Program-made: the position numbers and the translations under genes
The notes under the pieces: generated by a model
What the model saw: only the letters and a program-made list of their open reading frames with translations
The model's database searches: none
What the model was told of the DNA's origin: nothing
Shown here: positions 57,960-64,000 of the stretch, one piece after another
How positions within the stretch are numbered: the stretch's first letter is position 1
Layout of the letters: each line of letters begins with the position of its first letter
IMG/VR virus record: IMGVR_UViG_3300022744_000028
Coordinates: 5,750 to 69,749 of that record
Source of the DNA: a virus
DNA length: 64,000 nucleotides
Reading direction: 5' to 3' (one strand)

Positions 57960-58375
57960 TACTGGAACACCGTCTTAGCAATTGTGGAAGCCAACTTGCC
58001 GTCATATTGACCAGCATAGTTTTCCTTCAAGTGCTTCATGAAGGTTGGCATGTCTGGTTGTGTCTTAGCAACAGCAAACAGAGTCGACTCGGTCAATTGC
58101 TGTGGCAGGTATCGTTCCAGAATTGAACGCTCATAAGAGAATTCAGTAAACAACTGACCACGTGCCTGCAATGCAGTGATGGTCTCATCGATGTTCTTGA
58201 TGAACTTCTTAACGACAGCAACCACTTCTTGGTCAGAGGTTTCACGGCCAGCGTTCTTGCCAACCATAGCAGCCTCACCAAGCAAAGTCGTTAGCAAGCT
58301 GGCTTCGCGTTCTTGAAGTGCACCCAACTTACGGGCGGCGATTTGATGTGCTTTAATTTGTTCCATTAATGTCAT
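57959..58375 (-). CDS. GatB/YqeY-like domain protein
   Basis: LMEQIKAHQIAARK..LLTTLLGE..DQEVVAVVKKFIK..E..ILERYLPQQL pattern. Confidence 0.8.
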   Translation of the reverse strand: MTLMEQIKAHQIAARKLGALQEREASLLTTLLGEAAMVGKNAGRETSDQEVVAVVKKFIKNIDETITALQARGQLFTEFSYERSILERYLPQQLTESTLFAVAKTQPDMPTFMKHLKENYAGQYDGKLASTIAKTVFQ

Positions 58376-58613
58376 TTTTAACTCCAAAATATTCCATTGC
58401 GGTAAACTTGCCTGCTCGGATGATGCCTTTGGCATCATGGAATTGTCCATCGCCGATGACAACATCAAACGATGCCTTGAGTATCGACTCAGCAAACTTC
58501 TCGATCGTTTCACCAGTCATTACAAGTTCGGTGCGATAGTCTCCATGCCCATAGCACATACTACGCTCTGTGGCGCCAGCTTCGAGTGCTAGTTGTTCAA
58601 TTTGCTTGTTCAT
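58353..58613 (-). CDS. MNERI family member
   Basis: MNKQIEQLALEAG..EKFAESIL..YFGVK. Confidence 0.75.
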   Translation of the reverse strand: MNKQIEQLALEAGATERSMCYGHGDYRTELVMTGETIEKFAESILKASFDVVIGDGQFHDAKGIIRAGKFTAMEYFGVKNDINGTN

Positions 58614-58921
58614 TGCACACGTCTCCACACTTCACGGATCACTTCCATAGAGATTGCATCGGGATGTTCATTGCTCACATCGACGCCTTCCACCAGTTCA
58701 GGTTCCCAGCTGATATTCCACAACTGAAAATGGTTGCGAATCTGTCGGCCAAGGCTGTGGTGGTATTGGTGCAGTCGATCTTCAGCAACTGCTGTGAACT
58801 CTTCTTCGATGTCGCGTGGAAGGTCTCGTAACCACCCCAACACAACATCTGCCATGCGGCTAACATCTTTTTGGCTCACGACATACTCCGATCTATTACT
58901 ATGAATAGATTGTACATCCAA
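58610..58921 (-). CDS. hypothetical protein (HHSLGRQIRN motif)
   Basis: YHHSLGRQIRNHFQLW..HPDAISMEVI pattern of a small conserved family. Confidence 0.65.
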   Translation of the reverse strand: MDVQSIHSNRSEYVVSQKDVSRMADVVLGWLRDLPRDIEEEFTAVAEDRLHQYHHSLGRQIRNHFQLWNISWEPELVEGVDVSNEHPDAISMEVIREVWRRVQ

Positions 58922-59556
58922 ACCAAGATTACAGCAACTTATTTGGAATGCTTGAGGATTTCCAATACGGCGAATATCATTCGGTCATCGTTCGTTGCAT
59001 CACGGACATATACTTCTGAGATCGATCCGTGGTAGTGGTCATCATCTTCTTTGATGACCCAGCCGGTGTCCGTGCAGCGCAGGTAAGTATCTCCACCAAC
59101 CAACGATTTGAGGTACTTGATAGTAACTTCCTTCATCTGCTCGCTGGAAATGTTGATCTCTTTTGGTTCATACACCGTCAATCTCATTTCAACACCTCTA
59201 CGTTGCGGATTCGCCATAGCTCCCAGTCTGGAGGACCTTCATGGCCAAGCTCTATCCACTCAGCAAGTTTCTTGGCCTTACCTTCTTCAAATGCCTTGGT
59301 GGCGCCTTCTTCTGTTCTGTGTAGTGACACGACAGAGTATCCAGACTCATAGATGCAATCTGTGTACTCTACAGCGTATAGGATCTGTTCTTTTGGAGTG
59401 TCGTAGTATTCATCGAGGATCAAACCAATGTCATGTGCGTAGATATCAGCAACAGGTTCTGCTACGCCAGCCATTTCGAGACGATTTTTGAGGAATCGCA
59501 ACATCTTTTCTGGTGTGCGTGCAACTGGATCGTTACAACCACAGTCACATCCTTCT

Positions 59557-59946
59557 CTAACTCTTGCCATCTTCAACTCCAAAGTGTTCTTTAATTTTAG
59601 CCGCGAAGTAGTCGCGACGGTAACGGTCACCTTCCATAACAACTTCAACGCAACGCTCAACAATCAATTCAGCGAAACGTTGTTCAGATGGAGATAGCCG
59701 TGTACGGTCGAAGCCATTTTGTTGATCTGAAATCAGACCAGCCTTGATTGCTAGCCCAGTGATTGGATCTTTTTGTGATGTCAATATCATATTGATTGCG
59801 CGGATTGCTTTTTCAATCTCTGCTAGCGTTTCATCATCGCTACCATCACACGTTTCTGGATAGCTGTCTTGATACCATTCGAGTCCATTGCGTGTACGCT
59901 CTAACACATCGCGTGCCAACTCTAATGCTTTTTGTTCTTCGGTCAT
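59557..59946 (-). CDS. two-domain protein with a C-terminal MNERI-family domain
   Basis: ITGLAIKAG..QRFAELIVERC..KEHFGVE. Confidence 0.75.
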   Translation of the reverse strand: MTEEQKALELARDVLERTRNGLEWYQDSYPETCDGSDDETLAEIEKAIRAINMILTSQKDPITGLAIKAGLISDQQNGFDRTRLSPSEQRFAELIVERCVEVVMEGDRYRRDYFAAKIKEHFGVEDGKS

Positions 59947-61781
59947 GTCTTACTCTATTGCTGCCAGAGCAGCCGTTAGTGTCTCGTCTGTATATCGGCC
60001 AGGTATCATTGCAATTGGCTTGTGACAATCCAAGCAGAGATTTCTTAGTTGAGCTTCACTCTTGAGGTATCTGTGAGATACGTGGCCGTTCTCGCAACCA
60101 TACGTCGGTCTTGGCTCATACCATGCGTCTGGTAGGTCCATGAAGAACTCTTCCCCTGCGGCTTTGGCAGCTGCAATCTCTTTGTTCTGCAAAGCAGCCA
60201 GACGTTCATATGGCATCATATCAATACCCTTGAGTCGTATCTACTTCTTGGCGAATGATACCAAACTTTGCAGCTTCTTTCAGCACCCAAGGTTCATCCC
60301 AACCTTTGTTGATTTTGCGTTGGATCTCTTCACGCTGTGCTTCTTCGCTCATCCAACCATACCCTTTGCGTGGATAATCTCCAGCATTTCTCATAGCATC
60401 AAACCATGGCATTCATATCTCCTTATGGGTACAACACTGCAATCTTACCAGACTGCTGCGCTTTTAATTCTTCCCACTCATCTTCTTCCATATCAGCATC
60501 GTCAGCAGACCAGTCTGTGCTGAGTACCGTCTCTTGACACTCATCCCACAGCACATCGAAGTCGGCGCCACGCAATTGGCGATAACCATTACCTTCAGGG
60601 TCATCTTGAAGGACCAATTCAACGTCTGGTTTCTCCAACAGGAGCTTTGCTAATTCATGCGATCTCATCCACCTGTCCTCACTCTAAACAATGCCCAACG
60701 ATTGTCTTTCAACCACTGATCACCATAACAATCAACATACACGTTAACAGCACAACCTCCAATTGGATCGTTGAATGCGTGTCTGACGTATTTGAGTGTC
60801 ATGTATGATCTGATTGTCCTAAACATCGGTCTTCTTTCTTAATAGGTAATAGCGATACTCGCCCAATTCAATACAGCGCTTCCGAGCTTCATATGCTCGT
60901 TGGCGCTGTGCATCATTCCAATTCTTTTCGCCTATCTCATGTAGACGAACGAAGACAGACTTGAGATACTCTAGCTCAATTTCTGTTCCTCGCCACGTTT
61001 GTTCGGTATCAGCCATTCAACATCGTGCGGTACGTGTTGACAGCTTGCAACATTGCTTTTGCGACTGCTTCCATCTCCTTCATATTGCCGAAGGTAATGT
61101 GCGTGAATGGTGCAGGCTTGCCTTGCTCGTAATAGTTAATACAGCAACCCATGTCTTCTGCGACGACGCTGTAATGGTATGCATCATCTGCATAGACAGT
61201 AATCTCAGTGCTATTTGCGAATCCCATTTTCATTCTCCTTCAGACGGGCATGCGTGAATCTTGCCTTCTAGTATACCACCACTATATGCCAAACGCCAAC
61301 CGAATTTGGTGTGTTTCCACATAAAGTCATAACAACCACATCCATGGCACCGAATTATCTTGCTCGGACCAGTGCGGTTGTATTGCGGTCCTTCACTGTA
61401 GCTGCCATAGTCATATTCCGACTCGTCAGCGAACCCGTCTCCATTGAGGCCACCGAAGAACATTACTCGTCGCCGTATTGTGACATGAATTCTTCAATCG
61501 CGAAGTCCCAGCCATCCCAATTATCAACGCCAGCATTGCGCAAGCAGTTCAACAAATGAGCGTCGCGCAGCAACTGGTCATATTCTTTTCTAGGAATTTC
61601 AATCTTTTCTTGCGTCATTTGTCACACACCTTTGCAATTTCATCAACGTTGAGTTTGGCAGCACCAGCAGCTTTAATTGCCTCGATGCGGCATTCTGATC
61701 TTGCTCGTTCTTCGAACATATGTCCGATCGATGCTGATCCCATGACAACAGCGGCCATGATGCAAATCCATTTGTATTCCA

Positions 61782-62000
61782 TTATCGTACTGCTCCTGCG
61801 TATCGTGCGACCATGTACCAATCTGGCACACCTTCGCCTGCTTTTAGAGGTGGGTTAAACTTTTCGTTATATGCGTTTGCATACTCGATCGCCTCTTCAG
61901 CATTATCGAAGTATACACTTTCGTCAACCTTTTGGCCCCAACCACGCTCACTCTCAATGATGTCTACGCGATAGGTAGTTTTATGCTCAACTCTTGCCAT
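61782..62000 (-). CDS. conserved small phage protein (72 aa)
   Basis: IIESERGWGQKVDE..F..EEA..Y..YN..VPDWYMVA pattern. Confidence 0.7.
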   Translation of the reverse strand: MARVEHKTTYRVDIIESERGWGQKVDESVYFDNAEEAIEYANAYNEKFNPPLKAGEGVPDWYMVARYAGAVR

Positions 62001-63305
62001 TTTTAATCTTCCATTCTTGAAGTGATAATCTTACACCACCATTACAGTCCTGACAAATCCAATCATCCCAGAACTCTGCCTCTTCGTCATACTGCTCTTC
62101 GCTGATATCCCAACATAGAGACACACCACAACAATCGCAGATTGGCGTAAGTCCGCCATCCAGTGTTCCAGGATGGATATGGACACCCATTATGCAGGTT
62201 CCGGTAGGTAGAGCGGATACTCCCAGTAACCATTCTGATCGAGCACGCCATATCCACAAGTCGTTTGACCGCAGATGCCGGTTGAGTAGCATGGCTGCTC
62301 GCCTTCCAAATATCGCTCATAAGCAACAATTTGGTTGCGAAGGTTCTGGATGATGTTGTCGCGGAATTTGATTCCACCCTTCGCCATCTCGAGTCGATCT
62401 TCAGCTGAGTAGAGTGGGTTGTCCCAACATTCGAATGTCATTTGGATTTCCTCTTTACGTTGTCAAGTGCATCGAAGTAGCAAGCCAGTCCTTCAATCGT
62501 AGTAGTACCACAAACAGTAGCACCAGCTTCGTCATAGATGTAGAATGAATCGCCTATGGCTGAAATTGTATGGTCGTGTTCTTCAGCACGACTCTCAACT
62601 ACCAGAAAGTTACGAACCAATACAGATTGTGTTGTCATATCATCTCCACACAGGCATTTCAGATTCATCAAATGCGCCACTTTGGCGATCTACGCAACCG
62701 GCCCAGCTATTAGCTGCAGCATGATTAATGCACAACTCAACATCAGCCAAGATCTTCTTGAGTTCGTCGATGTTGATTTGGATGAACTCCAACTTGGCAT
62801 TGATGACAAACACTTCTGCCATTGAAGCATAGTCCTTATCGCTGCAGTAGGATTGATACAATCTTTCCTTGCCAGCAATCGTGTTCTTCAGATTGTCACG
62901 TAACGTATCTAAGTTCATTCTCGTCCCTCTCCGATGTGTTCACTCAATGCAATAGCCAAATGCCAGTATGCAGCAGTTGCGCCATTCTTGAAATAGAACT
63001 GCTCATTCAGCCGAGCGATTAGATCTTTCAACTCGTTCAACGCTTCAGCGGGCATACCTGGTGTGCCACCTACAACAACATCATTCATACTTTTGTCACC
63101 ACAATTGTGAATGGAGCGTTGGTGCATACCATGTACCATCCTTGGACGATAATGGCAAGGAAGAACAACATCATCAGACGGCCCTTCCAAGTGTTAGGAA
63201 CACCGCCGATGTTCCATGTCCCCATTATCAGTGGAGCACAGAAGAGCCATGTGATCGATACCCATAACAGTATGAAAACGCAAGCAAAGAATCCAATGAG
63301 TTCCA

Positions 63306-63521
63306 TCACTTGACTCCGATCAGTTGTGGATGAAATTCCATGCGGAACCCTAGACGCTCAGGATATAGCTCATATTGAAGCTCGCGAACTTCGCGATGCA
63401 TCTCTGCAGCATCGCGATGGTGCCATACTGTAGTGCTGACCAGTCGTTCGCCTGCCTTAGTGCGACGGTCTACTTTGTAGATGTACAAAGTGTAGGTATT
63501 TTTCTTTCCAACGAGATCCAT
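63306..63521 (-). CDS. hypothetical protein (71 aa), first gene after a sigma70 promoter
   Basis: YKVDRRTKAGERLV motif; TTGCAC..TATAAT upstream at about 63551-63579. Confidence 0.7.
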   Translation of the reverse strand: MDLVGKKNTYTLYIYKVDRRTKAGERLVSTTVWHHRDAAEMHREVRELQYELYPERLGFRMEFHPQLIGVK

Positions 63522-63588
63522 AACTACTCCGAATGATTGTTTATGTCATTATTATAAGACAGTCCAACCAATCGTGCAACGTAGCACT

Positions 63589-63906
63589 TTATAGCGTAGT
63601 GTTGTTGATGGTCTCTTGTACATCTGTTGGGATGTCTGGTGTATCATCGAACACAACTTCCTCACAATCACTGAGATCCTTCTCCATAACATCACACAAC
63701 GTGCGTGCTACTGTCTCCAGCATTGGCTTGTCTTTCAACAGCTGCTCATAATTCCATGAGAAGCGGACATTCGTCACACCTTGCTCTTCCATTCGACGTT
63801 GGATTGCTTCGATCCGTGCTCGTGTTTCTTCCGACAGGTTGGTATCAGACACCAACCGCTTGTCCAACATGCTTGTTATGTTTGTGTTCATTTCTTGCCC
63901 ATTCAA
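63589..63906 (-). CDS. hypothetical protein
   Basis: ORF on the coding strand. Confidence 0.6.
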   Translation of the reverse strand: MNGQEMNTNITSMLDKRLVSDTNLSEETRARIEAIQRRMEEQGVTNVRFSWNYEQLLKDKPMLETVARTLCDVMEKDLSDCEEVVFDDTPDIPTDVQETINNTTL

Positions 63907-64000
63907 TTATTTCATCATAGTGATGCCAGTAGTAATCTTCGGAGTAGTGCTTAACCATGCTCTGAGGTACTGGAATCTGCGCTATGAGCTTCCTCTCTAC

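Larger units (their letters stand above)
43361..64000 (-). other. dense chain of more than 60 small, mostly translationally coupled hypothetical ORFs; those not listed individually follow the - strand ORFs of the track
   Basis: Almost gap-free tiling with ATGA/TAATG overlaps; sigma70 promoters near 45.6, 49.4 and 63.6 kb. Confidence 0.8.

Noticed and set aside
1-64000. Stop-codon reassignment
   Set aside because: Core genes (gp6, gp7, gp32, the DUF4815 protein) are full length in the standard code, and TAA, TAG and TGA all occur at coupled gene ends.
36-64000. The many + strand and alternative-frame ORFs overlapping real genes
   Set aside because: These are shadow ORFs of the coding strand, with no RBS or recognisable motifs.

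Overview
A 64-kb segment of a large T4-like (myovirus-type) bacteriophage genome, read in the standard genetic code. Bases 1-26.7 kb are a late virion module: baseplate genes gp48/53/27-like/5/5.4/25/6/7/8, a DUF4815-type giant protein and fibre-like genes on the - strand; gp4/gp2/tube-like/gp26/gp51/tape-measure on the + strand. Bases 26.7-29.4 kb carry gp32, gp59, gp33 and a SleB-like hydrolase. Around 30.7-31.5 kb lies a circularly permuted (two-piece) tmRNA gene. It has two tag-plus-3'-hairpin modules (ANDELFLAAA and ANFEVCIAA) flanking an antisense GIY-YIG-type endonuclease gene. Bases 33.7-42 kb are small early genes, most preceded by a conserved promoter/inverted-repeat cassette. An iteron-like non-coding region at 42.0-42.8 kb is a candidate origin. 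Bases 43.4-64 kb are a dense chain of small ORFs that includes about 14 paralogues of one family and an isolated late three-gene cassette. The most notable observations are the dual-tag tmRNA/endonuclease locus, a predicted -1 frameshift (T TTT TTT) fusing gp26 to a start-less gp51-like ORF in a tube-G-T-tape-measure layout, and the promoter-stem-loop cassette array. All family assignments come from motif recognition by eye; no searches were run.
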